The notes under the pieces are model-generated. The model searched no databases. It was given only the letters and a program-made list of their open reading frames with translations, and was not told where the DNA came from. This document shows positions 21,898 through 30,854 of a stretch of DNA of 48,007 nucleotides, piece after piece (position 1 is the first letter of the stretch; every line of letters starts with the position of its first letter). Origin of the DNA: an uncultured Clostridia bacterium (GTDB lineage: Bacteria; Bacillota; Clostridia; TANB77; CAG-508); assembly GCA_947629625.1 (NCBI GenBank), contig CANRES010000004.1:1-48007 (forward strand), read 5' to 3'. The position numbers and the translations under genes were made by a program.

Positions 21898-21941
21898 AAT
21901 TCATATTACTAATGCTGTTACATTAGTAGAAAGGAGAAAAT

Positions 21942-22301
21942 ATGATAAACAAAGCAAATAGAAATGAAGAAAGAAAAAGAAGACATATTCGTGTTCGTAG
22001 AAAAATAAGTGGTACAGCAGAATGTCCAAGACTATGTATATTTAGAAGCAATAAAAATATATTTGCACAAATAATTGATGATGTTGAAGGTAAAACATTA
22101 GTTAGTGCATCAACATTAGATAAAGAAATAAAAACAAAATATAGTAATATAGAAGCAGCAAAAGAAGTAGGAGCATTAATAGCAAAAAGAGCATTAGAAA
22201 AAAATATAAAAACAGTTGTATATGATAGAGGAGGATACATCTATCATGGTGTTGTAAAAGAATTTGCTGAAAGTGCACGTAGTGCAGGATTAGAATTTTA
22301 A
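21942..22301 (+). CDS. rplR: 50S ribosomal protein L18
   Basis: [28 protein letters not shown]. Confidence 0.98.
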   Translation: MINKANRNEERKRRHIRVRRKISGTAECPRLCIFRSNKNIFAQIIDDVEGKTLVSASTLDKEIKTKYSNIEAAKEVGALIAKRALEKNIKTVVYDRGGYIYHGVVKEFAESARSAGLEF

Positions 22302-22332
22302 TAAAACTTGTTGAAAGGAGAAAAAAATCTAA

Positions 22333-22818
22333 ATGGAAAATACAGTAGAATTAAAAGAAAAAGTAGTTGCTATTAACAGAGTTGCTAAAGTTGTTAAAGG
22401 TGGTAGAACTTTTAGATTTAGTGCTGTTGTAGTTGTTGGTGATGAACAAGGTCATGTTGGTGTTGGTAGCGGTAAAGCATCAGAAGTTCCAGATGCTATA
22501 AAAAAAGCAATAGAAGATGCAAAGAAAAATTTAGTTGAAGTACCAGTTGTAGGTACAACAATACCTCATGAATATGTTGGAAAATTTGGTAGTGCAAGTG
22601 TTATATTAAAACCAGCAGCAGAAGGTACTGGTGTTATTGCAGGTGGTAGTGTTAGACCAGTATTAGAATTAGCAGGATACAAAGATATAAGAACAAAAGT
22701 TAATGGAACAAATAATCCAAGAAACGTTGTTTATGCTACTATAAATGCTCTTGAAAATATGAGTACTGTTGAACAAATAGCAAGAAAAAGAGGAAAAAAA
22801 GTAGAAGAAATATTATAA
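22333..22818 (+). CDS. rpsE: 30S ribosomal protein S5
   Basis: [22 protein letters not shown]. Confidence 0.98.
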   Translation: MENTVELKEKVVAINRVAKVVKGGRTFRFSAVVVVGDEQGHVGVGSGKASEVPDAIKKAIEDAKKNLVEVPVVGTTIPHEYVGKFGSASVILKPAAEGTGVIAGGSVRPVLELAGYKDIRTKVNGTNNPRNVVYATINALENMSTVEQIARKRGKKVEEIL

Positions 22819-22860
22819 TAGTACAATAAAAATAATAAAATTTGAGAGGAGGACAAGGAA

Positions 22861-23295
22861 ATGCAATTAGGTGAATTAAAACCAGCAACTGAAAAAATAC
22901 AAAGAAGAAGAGTAGGACGTGGTATTGGTTCAGGTTTAGGAAAAACATCTGGAAAAGGACATAAAGGACAAAAAGCAAGATCAGGTGGAGGAGTTAGACG
23001 TGGTTTTGAAGGTGGTCAAACTCCATTATATAGAAGATTACCTAAAAGAGGTTTTACAAATATACACGCAAAAAATTATGTAGAAATTACATTAACTATG
23101 CTTAATAAATCTAAAGCAACAGAAGTAACAGCAGAAACTTTACTTGAAGAAGGAATAATAAGTAAAATTAATGATGGAATAGTTGTTTTAGGAACAGGAA
23201 GTTTAGATAAAAAATTAACAGTTAAAGCAAAGAGATTTACAAAAACAGCTGCTGAAAAAATCGAAGCTGTTGGTGGAAAGATAGAGGTGATTTAA
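22861..23295 (+). CDS. rplO: 50S ribosomal protein L15
   Basis: [42 protein letters not shown]. Confidence 0.98.
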   Translation: MQLGELKPATEKIQRRRVGRGIGSGLGKTSGKGHKGQKARSGGGVRRGFEGGQTPLYRRLPKRGFTNIHAKNYVEITLTMLNKSKATEVTAETLLEEGIISKINDGIVVLGTGSLDKKLTVKAKRFTKTAAEKIEAVGGKIEVI

Positions 23296-24618
23296 TTGTT
23301 AAAAACTATACAAAACGCATTAAAAACACCTGAAATAAGAAAAAAATTATTATTTACACTTGTATTAATAGTTGTATTTAGATTAGGTTGTTTTATAACA
23401 GTTCCAGGAGTTGATGCACTAGAATTAGAAGAAGCAATGTCAGTATCTAGCAATGGTATAAGTGGATTAATAGATTTAATATCAGGTGGAGCCTTTTCAA
23501 GATTTTCAATATTTGCAATGTCAATAAATCCATATATTACTGCATCAATAGTAATACAATTATTGGCAATGATAATACCTTCATTAGAGAGATTAACTAA
23601 AGAAGGTGGAGAAGAAGGAAGAGCAAAAATTAATAGATATACAAAAATTGCTACAATTATATTAGCATTAATAGAAGCATTAGGATTATTCCTAACATAT
23701 AAATCTTATGGAATATTCATAGATACAAGCTTCTTAACAGGAGTATTAGTTGTATTATCATTAATGACTGGTACAGCATTACTTATGTGGTTAGGTGAAC
23801 AAATAACTGCAAAAGGAATTGGAAACGGAATATCATTAATAATATTTGTTGGTATAGTTTCAGGTTTACCAAGTTTAGTAAATACAATTAAAAATTTAAT
23901 ATTTACTCCAGCAGGTTTCTCTACTACAGGATTATTAACTGCATTGGGTATAATTATAGGTGCTATAATTTTAGTTGCAGGAGTTGTATTTGTACAACAA
24001 GCAGAGAGAAGAGTACCTGTACAATATGCTAAAAAAGTTGTTGGAAGAAAAATGTATGGTGGACAAAATACACATATACCATTAAAACTTGCTATGGCAG
24101 GTGTTATGCCAGTTATATTTGCATCATCATTTATGACATTCCCTGCAATGATATTACAAATATTTATATCAGATATAGCAACAAGAACTGGATTTTGGGC
24201 AGGAGTATATAAATTTTCAATAGCAACATCTACATCAAACGTACCAATAGGATATTCAATAGCAAATGCAATTGTATACTTATTGTTAATAGTAGGATTT
24301 ACATTTTTCTATACTTATGCAACATTTAATCCAGCAGAAGTTTCAAACAATATTAAGAAAAATGGTGGATTTATACCAGGAATTAGAGCAGGAAAACCTA
24401 CAACAGATTATTTAACATCAATTATGAGTAAGTTAACATGGTTTGGAGGATTCTTCTTAGCAATAATAGCAATATTACCAATGCTATTAAGATTTACAGA
24501 CTTAAACTTAACATTTGGTGGAACATCAATATTAATCGTTGTTGGTGTTGCATTAGAAACTGTTCAACAATTAGAATCACAATTAGTAATGAGACATTAC
24601 AAAGGATTCTTAGAATAA
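23296..24618 (+). CDS. secY: Preprotein translocase subunit SecY
   Basis: SIFAMSINPYITASI, GIGNGISLIIF, AGVMPVIFASS, FIPGIRAG, FGGTSILIVVGV; TTG start. Confidence 0.98.
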   Translation: MLKTIQNALKTPEIRKKLLFTLVLIVVFRLGCFITVPGVDALELEEAMSVSSNGISGLIDLISGGAFSRFSIFAMSINPYITASIVIQLLAMIIPSLERLTKEGGEEGRAKINRYTKIATIILALIEALGLFLTYKSYGIFIDTSFLTGVLVVLSLMTGTALLMWLGEQITAKGIGNGISLIIFVGIVSGLPSLVNTIKNLIFTPAGFSTTGLLTALGIIIGAIILVAGVVFVQQAERRVPVQYAKKVVGRKMYGGQNTHIPLKLAMAGVMPVIFASSFMTFPAMILQIFISDIATRTGFWAGVYKFSIATSTSNVPIGYSIANAIVYLLLIVGFTFFYTYATFNPAEVSNNIKKNGGFIPGIRAGKPTTDYLTSIMSKLTWFGGFFLAIIAILPMLLRFTDLNLTFGGTSILIVVGVALETVQQLESQLVMRHYKGFLE

Positions 24619-24651
24619 TAATTTATAATAAAAATAAAAAATTAATAAAAT

Positions 24652-24737
24652 CACAGCCTTATATAGATTTTTTGAAAAATTATGGCTTTTATAATAAAGA
24701 CCTAATCTTTCAAAAAATTCTATAAAAATAGGCTGTG
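24652..24737. repeat. Long imperfect inverted repeat (about 86-nt hairpin) between secY and adk
   Basis: CACAGCCT...ATAGATTTTTTGAAAAATTATGGCTTT pairs with AAAGACCTAATCTTTCAAAAAATTCTAT...AGGCTGTG. Confidence 0.75.
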
Positions 24738-24810
24738 TATAATAATTTTTTTAATTATTATAAAAAATAATAATTAAAAAAGTTATTTAATTTAAAGGAG
24801 TTGTTAAAAA

Positions 24811-25476
24811 ATGATTATAATTATGTTAGGGGCACCAGGCACTGGAAAAGGTACAGTAGCAACAATATTAGCACAAGGATTAAATATTCCTCAAATATCA
24901 ACAGGAGATATGTTTAGAAAAGCAATAAGTGAAAAAACAGAAGTAGGAATAGAAGCAAATAAATATATATCAGAAGGAAAACTTGTTCCAGACGATATAA
25001 CAATAAAAATTGTTGAAGAAAGATTAATGCAAGAAGATACTAAAAATGGAGCAATATTAGATGGTTTTCCAAGAACAGAAAATCAAGCAAAAGTATTACA
25101 AAAATTTTTAGAAGAACAAGGAAAAACAGTAAATTATGCAATAAACTTATCTTCACCAGAAGATGAAATAATTGAAAGAATAGTAAATAGAAGAGTTTGC
25201 TCAAATCAAGAATGCAAAACAATATATAATGTTACATTATCACCTTCAAAAGTAGAAGGTATATGCGATAAATGTGGACAAAAATTAATTCAAAGACAAG
25301 ATGATACAGAAGAAACTGTTAAAGAAAGAATAAAAACTTATAAAGCAACATCACAACCAATAATAGATTTCTATAAAGAAAAAAATGTTTTAGTTGATGC
25401 ACTTGTAAGTAAAAAAATAAATAAAATGGGAAAAGACATAGCACAAGATTTAATAAAAATGATAAAAGGAGAATAA
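24811..25476 (+). CDS. adk: Adenylate kinase with zinc-binding LID
   Basis: GAPGTGKGT, ISTGDMFR, LDGFPRT; LID CSNQEC...CDKC. Confidence 0.97.
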   Translation: MIIIMLGAPGTGKGTVATILAQGLNIPQISTGDMFRKAISEKTEVGIEANKYISEGKLVPDDITIKIVEERLMQEDTKNGAILDGFPRTENQAKVLQKFLEEQGKTVNYAINLSSPEDEIIERIVNRRVCSNQECKTIYNVTLSPSKVEGICDKCGQKLIQRQDDTEETVKERIKTYKATSQPIIDFYKEKNVLVDALVSKKINKMGKDIAQDLIKMIKGE

Positions 25477-25488
25477 AAAAGACCTAAA

Positions 25489-26259
25489 ATGATAGAAATT
25501 AAATCTAAAAGAGAAATTGAACTTATGAAGGAAGCATGTAGAATAGCAGCACTAACTCATAAGGCAATAGAAGAAGCAATTAAACCCGGAGTATCTACAT
25601 TAGAATTAGATATGATTGCAGAAAATGTAATTAGAAAAAATGGTGGAATACCAGCAGAAAAAGGGTATCCAAGTGGAATAAAAGGTGTACCAGATTTTCC
25701 TGCATCAATATGTGCCTCAATAAATGATGAGGTCATACATGGAATTCCATCTAAAAATGTTATATTAAAAAATGGAGATATCATAAGTATAGATTTAGTT
25801 GCATATAAAGATGGCTTCAATGGAGATATGGCAAGAACATATATAGTAGGAACTACAAGTAAAGAAAATGAAAGATTAATTGAAATTACAAAACAAGCAT
25901 TTTTTGAAGGTATTAAATTTGCAAAAAAAGGTTATAGAATAGGAGATGTATCTCACGCTATTGGGGAATTTGTAGAAAAAAATGGATATAGTGTTGTAAA
26001 AGAATTTCAAGGGCACGGAATAGGAAGACAAATGCATGAAGATCCGGGAATTCCAAACTATGGAAAAGCAGGTAAAGGTGCAAAATTAGAACCCGGTATG
26101 ACACTTGCAATAGAACCAATGGTAATAATGGGAAAAGAAAATATTTTAGAATTAGATGACGGCTGGACAATCATTACAGAAGATGGTACAAATTCAGCTC
26201 ATTATGAAAATACAATTTTAATTACAGAAAAAGAGCCAGAGATATTGACAAAAATTTAA
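25489..26259 (+). CDS. map: Type I methionine aminopeptidase
   Basis: CASINDEVIHGIP, GHGIGRQMHEDP, AIEPM, SAHYENT. Confidence 0.97.
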   Translation: MIEIKSKREIELMKEACRIAALTHKAIEEAIKPGVSTLELDMIAENVIRKNGGIPAEKGYPSGIKGVPDFPASICASINDEVIHGIPSKNVILKNGDIISIDLVAYKDGFNGDMARTYIVGTTSKENERLIEITKQAFFEGIKFAKKGYRIGDVSHAIGEFVEKNGYSVVKEFQGHGIGRQMHEDPGIPNYGKAGKGAKLEPGMTLAIEPMVIMGKENILELDDGWTIITEDGTNSAHYENTILITEKEPEILTKI

Positions 26260-26273
26260 AAGTGATATATAAT
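26245..26273 (+). promoter_or_regulatory. Internal sigmaA promoter for infA-rpmJ-alpha operon
   Basis: Perfect TTGACA-N17-TATAAT overlapping the 3' end of map. Confidence 0.85.
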
Positions 26274-26315
26274 ATAAAGGCTAATTAATTTTTAATTATT
26301 TAAGGAGGAGTTAAA

Positions 26316-26534
26316 TTGGCAAAAGAAGACATAATTGAGGTAGAAGGAACAGTAGTAGAAACACTACCAAATACTAATTTTAAAGTTGAACTAGAAAATG
26401 GGCATCAAATATTAGCACATATTTCAGGAAAACTTAGAATGAACTACATAAAAATATTACCGGGTGATAAAGTAAAAGTAGAACTTTCACCTTATGACTT
26501 AACAAAAGGTAGAATTATATGGAGGGCTAAATAG
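26316..26534 (+). CDS. infA: Translation initiation factor IF-1
   Basis: [39 protein letters not shown]; TTG start. Confidence 0.98.
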   Translation: MAKEDIIEVEGTVVETLPNTNFKVELENGHQILAHISGKLRMNYIKILPGDKVKVELSPYDLTKGRIIWRAK

Positions 26535-26585
26535 AACAAATAAAAATTTGTTTAAAATATAAGATTATTTGAAGAGGTGAAGAAA

Positions 26586-26699
26586 ATGAAAGTAAGACCA
26601 TCAGTAAAAAAAATATGCGAAAAATGCAAAGTAATCAAAAGAAAAGGTGTTATTAGAGTAATATGTGAAAACCCAAAACATAAACAAAGACAAGGGTAA
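26586..26699 (+). CDS. rpmJ: 50S ribosomal protein L36 (not in the ORF track)
   Basis: Manual translation: [37 protein letters not shown]; RBS GAGGTGA. Confidence 0.97.
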   Translation: MKVRPSVKKICEKCKVIKRKGVIRVICENPKHKQRQG

Positions 26700-26869
26700 T
26701 TAAATTTTGATATTTACACAAAAACGGGTAGCGGCTGTTAAAATCCTTTTTGTGTTTATATATATTTATGCTGGAATGTTTAATGACTATTATTATATAT
26801 AATAATACATTTCACATTAATCAGGAAGGCACACTAATTAAATATTTATTTGGAGGTGCAAAAAAAAAT
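26700..26869 (+). promoter_or_regulatory. Putative structured leader upstream of rpsM
   Basis: 170-nt spacer with nested pairings (TGTGTT/GGCACA, TTAATG/CATTAA, TATTATTA/TAATAATA) and the GC-rich block GGGTAGCGGCTG. Confidence 0.45.
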
Positions 26870-27238
26870 ATGGCTCGTATAGCAGGAGTAGATTTACCAA
26901 GAGAAAAAAGAGTAGAAATAGGGCTTACCTATATATATGGAATAGGAGTTTCTAGTTCTAACAAAATTCTTAAAAAAGCTGGTGTTAATCCAGATACAAG
27001 AATTAAAGACTTAACAGACGAACAAGTAAACAGTATAAGAAAAGTAATAGACGACGAATACAAAGTAGAAGGAGACTTAAGAAGGGAAGTTGCTCTAAAC
27101 ATAAAAAGACTTACTGAAATCGGATGTTATAGAGGTTTAAGACATAGAAGAGGACTACCTGTAAGAGGACAAAGAACAAAAACTAATGCTCGTACAAGAA
27201 AAGGTCCTAGAAAAATAGTTAGTAAAAGTAAAAAATAA
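26870..27238 (+). CDS. rpsM: 30S ribosomal protein S13
   Basis: [33 protein letters not shown]. True start 26870, behind GGAGGTG. Confidence 0.98.
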   Translation: MARIAGVDLPREKRVEIGLTYIYGIGVSSSNKILKKAGVNPDTRIKDLTDEQVNSIRKVIDDEYKVEGDLRREVALNIKRLTEIGCYRGLRHRRGLPVRGQRTKTNARTRKGPRKIVSKSKK

Positions 27239-27254
27239 GGAGGTAAGAAACTAA

Positions 27255-27650
27255 ATGGCTAAGCAAAATGTAGCAAAAAAGACACCTAGAAGAAATAGAA
27301 AAAACATCGATAAGGGTGCTGCTCATATTCATTCTAGTTTTAATAATACAATAGTTACTGTTACTGATGTTCAAGGAAATGTTATATCTTGGGCAAGTGC
27401 AGGAGAACTTGGTTTTAAAGGTTCAAGAAAAAGTACACCATTTGCTGCTGGTCAAGCAGCAGAAACTGCTGCAAAAGCAGGAATGGAACATGGTTTAAAA
27501 TCTGTTGAGGTATATGTAAAAGGACCGGGAGCCGGACGTGAAGCGGCAATTAGAGCACTTCAAACAGCAGGTCTAGAAATTAGCGTTATAAAAGACGTAA
27601 CTGCAATACCACATAATGGATGTAGACCACCAAAAAGAAGAAGAGTATAA
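27255..27650 (+). CDS. rpsK: 30S ribosomal protein S11
   Basis: [34 protein letters not shown]. Confidence 0.98.
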   Translation: MAKQNVAKKTPRRNRKNIDKGAAHIHSSFNNTIVTVTDVQGNVISWASAGELGFKGSRKSTPFAAGQAAETAAKAGMEHGLKSVEVYVKGPGAGREAAIRALQTAGLEISVIKDVTAIPHNGCRPPKRRRV

Positions 27651-27684
27651 AAAATAATTTTTTAGTGAGGTGAAATTTAATAAA

Positions 27685-28311
27685 ATGGCAAGATATAAAG
27701 ATGAACAATGTCGTATATGCCGTAGAGAAGGACAAAAATTGTTTTTAAAAGGTTCAAGATGCTATACAGATAAATGTAGCGTTTCAAGAAGAAATTATGC
27801 ACCAGGTCAACATGGACAAAAAAAGGCAAAACTTTCTGAATACGGTACACAATTAAGAGAAAAACAAAAAACAAAGTCATTCTATGGAGTAGGAGAAAGA
27901 CAATTTAGAAAATATTTTGAAATGGCTTCAAACAAAAAAGGAATTACAGGTGAAAATTTACTTCAAATATTAGAAAGTAGATTAGACAATGTAGTTTACA
28001 GATTAGGATATGGTAGTTCAAGACCACAAGCAAGACAACTTGTAAACCATGGACATTTTGAAGTAAATGGTAAAAAAGTTGATATAGCATCATACTTAGT
28101 AAAACCGGGTGATGTTATAGCAGTTAGAGAATCTAAAAAAGATTCTGCAATAATCAAAGCAAATGTTGAAGCAAATAGTGCAAGACCAGTACCAGCATGG
28201 CTTGAAAAAAATGTTGAAAAATTAAGTGGTAAAGTAGTAACATTAGCATCTAGAGAGGATGTTGATATCCCAGTTGAAGAGCATTTAATAGTTGAGCTTT
28301 ACTCTAAATAA
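27685..28311 (+). CDS. rpsD: 30S ribosomal protein S4
   Basis: [43 protein letters not shown]. Start reset to ATG 27685. Confidence 0.98.
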   Translation: MARYKDEQCRICRREGQKLFLKGSRCYTDKCSVSRRNYAPGQHGQKKAKLSEYGTQLREKQKTKSFYGVGERQFRKYFEMASNKKGITGENLLQILESRLDNVVYRLGYGSSRPQARQLVNHGHFEVNGKKVDIASYLVKPGDVIAVRESKKDSAIIKANVEANSARPVPAWLEKNVEKLSGKVVTLASREDVDIPVEEHLIVELYSK

Positions 28312-28340
28312 TAATTGTAATTAAATTTTAGGAGGTAAAA

Positions 28341-29288
28341 ATGATAGAATTTGAAAAGCCTAATATTGAATGTTTAGAAATAGACGAAGAAAATAATTAT
28401 GCAAAATTTGTTTGTGAACCATTAGAAAGAGGATATGGTGTAACAATAGGAAATTCTTTAAGGAGAATATTATTATCATCATTGCCGGGAGATGCAATTA
28501 CAAGTGTTAAAATTGATGGAGTAGTACATGAATTTTCTACTATACCAAATGTAGTTGAAGATGTACCAGAAATTATAGTAAATTTAAAAAGTGTAAGATT
28601 TAAGGCTTACGACAGTGAAGAAAAAATAATTAGAATTGATTTTAAAGGTGAAGGAGAAGTTACAGCAGGAGATATAATTACAGATGGATCAATAGAAGTT
28701 TTAAATAAAGATTTACATATTGCAACAGTTGCAGAAGGTGGACATCTTGTAATGGAAATGACTGTTGATAGAGGTAGAGGATATAATAGTTCTACAAAAA
28801 ATAAAAAACCAAACCAAGACATATCAGTTCTTCCAATAGATTCAATATATACACCTGTTAAAAAGGTAAACTATTCAGTTGAAAATACTAGAGTAGGTCA
28901 AATGGTTGATTTTGATAAATTAATAATTGAAATATGGACAGATGGAAGTTTAAAAGCTTATGAAGCATTAAGCTTAGCTGCAAAAGTTTTATCTGGACAT
29001 TTAGAGTTATTTATAGATTTATCAGAAGCAACAAAAAATACACAAGTAATGGTTGAAAAAGAAGAAAATAAAAAAGGCAAAGTTTTAGAAATGTCTATCG
29101 AAGATTTAGAGTTATCTGTTAGATCATATAACTGCTTAAAAAGAGCTGGAATATCTAAGGTAGAAGATTTAGCAAATAAAACAGAATCAGAAATGTTAAA
29201 AGTTAGAAATTTAGGTAAAAAATCTTTTGATGAGGTTACAAACAAACTTCATTCATTAGGACTTGATTTCGCTGAGGAAGAAGACTAA
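28341..29288 (+). CDS. rpoA: RNA polymerase alpha subunit
   Basis: [44 protein letters not shown]. Confidence 0.98.
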   Translation: MIEFEKPNIECLEIDEENNYAKFVCEPLERGYGVTIGNSLRRILLSSLPGDAITSVKIDGVVHEFSTIPNVVEDVPEIIVNLKSVRFKAYDSEEKIIRIDFKGEGEVTAGDIITDGSIEVLNKDLHIATVAEGGHLVMEMTVDRGRGYNSSTKNKKPNQDISVLPIDSIYTPVKKVNYSVENTRVGQMVDFDKLIIEIWTDGSLKAYEALSLAAKVLSGHLELFIDLSEATKNTQVMVEKEENKKGKVLEMSIEDLELSVRSYNCLKRAGISKVEDLANKTESEMLKVRNLGKKSFDEVTNKLHSLGLDFAEEED

Positions 29289-29308
29289 GAGAAAGGAGAA
29301 AAAGTAAA

Positions 29309-29833
29309 ATGGCTAAAAATAGAAAATTAGGTAGAACAACAGACCAAAGATTAGCAATGTTAAAAACACAAACTACTGATGTAATATTACATGGAAAAAT
29401 AGAGACTACTGAATGTAGAGCAAAAGAAGTAAAATCAATAGTTGATTCTTTAATAGCATTAGCAATTAAAGAAAAAGATAATTTTGATATGGTTGATGTA
29501 AAAGTTGTTCGTGCTAAATTAGACAGTAAAGGAAATAAAGTTACAGAAAAAGTAACAAGCAAAAATGGTAAAGACTACTTAAAAGTAGTAAAAGAAGAAA
29601 TTACTGAAAGTAGACAAAAAGATAAGCCAACAAGATTAAATGCAAGAAGAAAAATGATGAGAAAATTAAATAAAGTTAAAGATAGTGAAGGTAAAAATAT
29701 AGATTTACCATCAAAATTATTTAACGAAATAGCTCCAAAATACGAAGGTAGAGTTGGAGGATATACAAGAATAATAAAATTAGGACAAAGAAGAGGAGAT
29801 GCAGCAGAAGTTGTTATTCTTGAATTAATTTAA
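29309..29833 (+). CDS. rplQ: 50S ribosomal protein L17 with internal insertion
   Basis: [42 protein letters not shown]; 174 aa. Confidence 0.96.
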   Translation: MAKNRKLGRTTDQRLAMLKTQTTDVILHGKIETTECRAKEVKSIVDSLIALAIKEKDNFDMVDVKVVRAKLDSKGNKVTEKVTSKNGKDYLKVVKEEITESRQKDKPTRLNARRKMMRKLNKVKDSEGKNIDLPSKLFNEIAPKYEGRVGGYTRIIKLGQRRGDAAEVVILELI

Positions 29834-29857
29834 AAAAATATCAACATATAAGAAAAT

Positions 29858-29978
29858 TGTGCGTTAGCGAAAGCAAAGCTTTCGACGCACACATGTGCAT
29901 TTTGCTTCGCAAATATGCACAGCCCAATGTAAATTAACCTTTTTGTATACAGAAAAATCTTCGATTTTTCCTATACAA
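29858..29978. repeat. Three tandem hairpins downstream of rplQ (REP-like or structured 3' UTR)
   Basis: H1 29858-29891 TGTGCGT..CGAAAGC-AAA-GCTTTCG-ACGCACA; H2 29894-29921 TGTGCATTTTGC-TTC-GCAAATATGCACA; H3 29943-29978 TTGTATA..GAAAAATC-TTC-GATTTTTC.TATACAA. Confidence 0.75.
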
Positions 29979-30030
29979 TAAAAAAGAGAAACTAGATAGT
30001 GATTATCTAATTTCTTTTTTTATTGTATAG
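29971..30030. terminator. Long terminator hairpin ending the alpha operon
   Basis: CTATACAATAAAAAAGAGAAA.TAGATA / TATCTA.TTTCTTTTTTTATTGTATAG. Confidence 0.7.
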
Positions 30031-30047
30031 AAATTCTTATAAAAGTA

Positions 30048-30076
30048 TTGAAAAAGTGAATTTTTTATGTTAAAAT
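30048..30076 (+). promoter_or_regulatory. sigmaA promoter of the type III TA operon
   Basis: TTGAAA-N17-TAAAAT with TGn extended -10. Confidence 0.8.
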
Positions 30077-30108
30077 GAATATACTGAATAAGTAATAGCA
30101 ATATTACT

Positions 30109-30219
30109 AAAAAAGATGGAGTACCCAAGCCATAGTGGGAATTAAAAAAGATGGAGTACCCAAGCCATAGTGGGAATTAAAAAAGATGGAGTACCCAAGC
30201 CATAGTGGGAATCAAAAAA
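30109..30219 (+). ncRNA. Type III TA antitoxin RNA (ToxI/antiQ-like), about 3.2 tandem 35-nt repeats
   Basis: Unit AAAAAAGATGGAGTACCCAAGCCATAGTGGGAATT at 30109, 30144 and 30179 (third ends ATC), no spacers. ATGG/CCAT and CCCA/TGGG form an H-type pseudoknot. Located between promoter and terminator, upstream of the toxin. Confidence 0.92.
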
Positions 30220-30221
30220 TA

Positions 30222-30249
30222 AGGGGGCAACTTTTTAAAGTTGCCCTTT
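30222..30249 (+). terminator. Terminator between antitoxin repeats and toxin gene
   Basis: AGGGGGCAACT / AGTTGCCCTTT hairpin with a short U tract, consistent with partial read-through. Confidence 0.85.
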
Positions 30250-30270
30250 AATAATATTTAGGAGGTAAAA

Positions 30271-30750
30271 ATGGAAAAATTAAAACTTTATTATATAGAA
30301 AATAATTATATAGAATATTTAAGAAAATTTGATAGCAAGGTAGCATACAACAAAATACCTAATAGACCATATATAGGAGTTGTATATACATATAATAATT
30401 TTAAATATTTTGCACCTTTAAGTTCACCAAAAGAAAAACATATAAAAATGAATAATAATGTTATAGATTTATTTAAAATAAAAAATGGTGAATTAGGTGT
30501 TATAAACTTAAATAATATGATACCATGCCCAGAAAAAGTATTACACGAAATTATACCAATAGTAAAAGATGATAAATATAAAAAATTATTAGAAAATCAA
30601 ATTACTGAAATTAATTCAAAAAGAGAAAATTTATATAAAAAAGTATATAGATTTCAAAGAGAATATAGAAACAATAGATTATTTCCTAATATTCTAAATA
30701 GATGTTGTAATTTTATTTTATTGGAGCAAAAATGCATAGAATATAAATAA
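30271..30750 (+). CDS. Type III TA endoribonuclease toxin, ToxN/AbiQ family
   Basis: 159 aa; YIEYLRKFDSKV, RPYIGVV, YFAPLSSPK, GVINLNNMIP, CCNFILLEQKC. RBS AGGAGG; canonical repeat-terminator-toxin layout. Confidence 0.92.
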   Translation: MEKLKLYYIENNYIEYLRKFDSKVAYNKIPNRPYIGVVYTYNNFKYFAPLSSPKEKHIKMNNNVIDLFKIKNGELGVINLNNMIPCPEKVLHEIIPIVKDDKYKKLLENQITEINSKRENLYKKVYRFQREYRNNRLFPNILNRCCNFILLEQKCIEYK

Positions 30751-30854
30751 AAAATCATATTTTCTTATAATATTACAAAAATATAGTCTAAATACTAGAA
30801 ATATAATAATTTTTGTGATATTATATAGGGGTAAAAAAATTTTGGGAGCAAATT

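Noticed and set aside
14519-21930. Short hairpins in ribosomal operon spacers (after rpsJ, rplW, rplE, rplF)
   Set aside because: Short stems typical of mRNA stability or processing elements; nothing distinctive.
24438-24725. 95-aa ORF overlapping the secY end
   Set aside because: Off-frame overlap running into the intergenic hairpin, with no RBS or motif.
26750-26869. 40-aa N-terminal extension of S13 in the ORF track
   Set aside because: The RBS GGAGGTG precedes ATG 26870 and the canonical MARIAG start; the upstream part is leader sequence.
30109-30219. 35-nt repeats as a CRISPR array
   Set aside because: The repeats are contiguous with no spacers and no cas genes; the layout matches a type III antitoxin.
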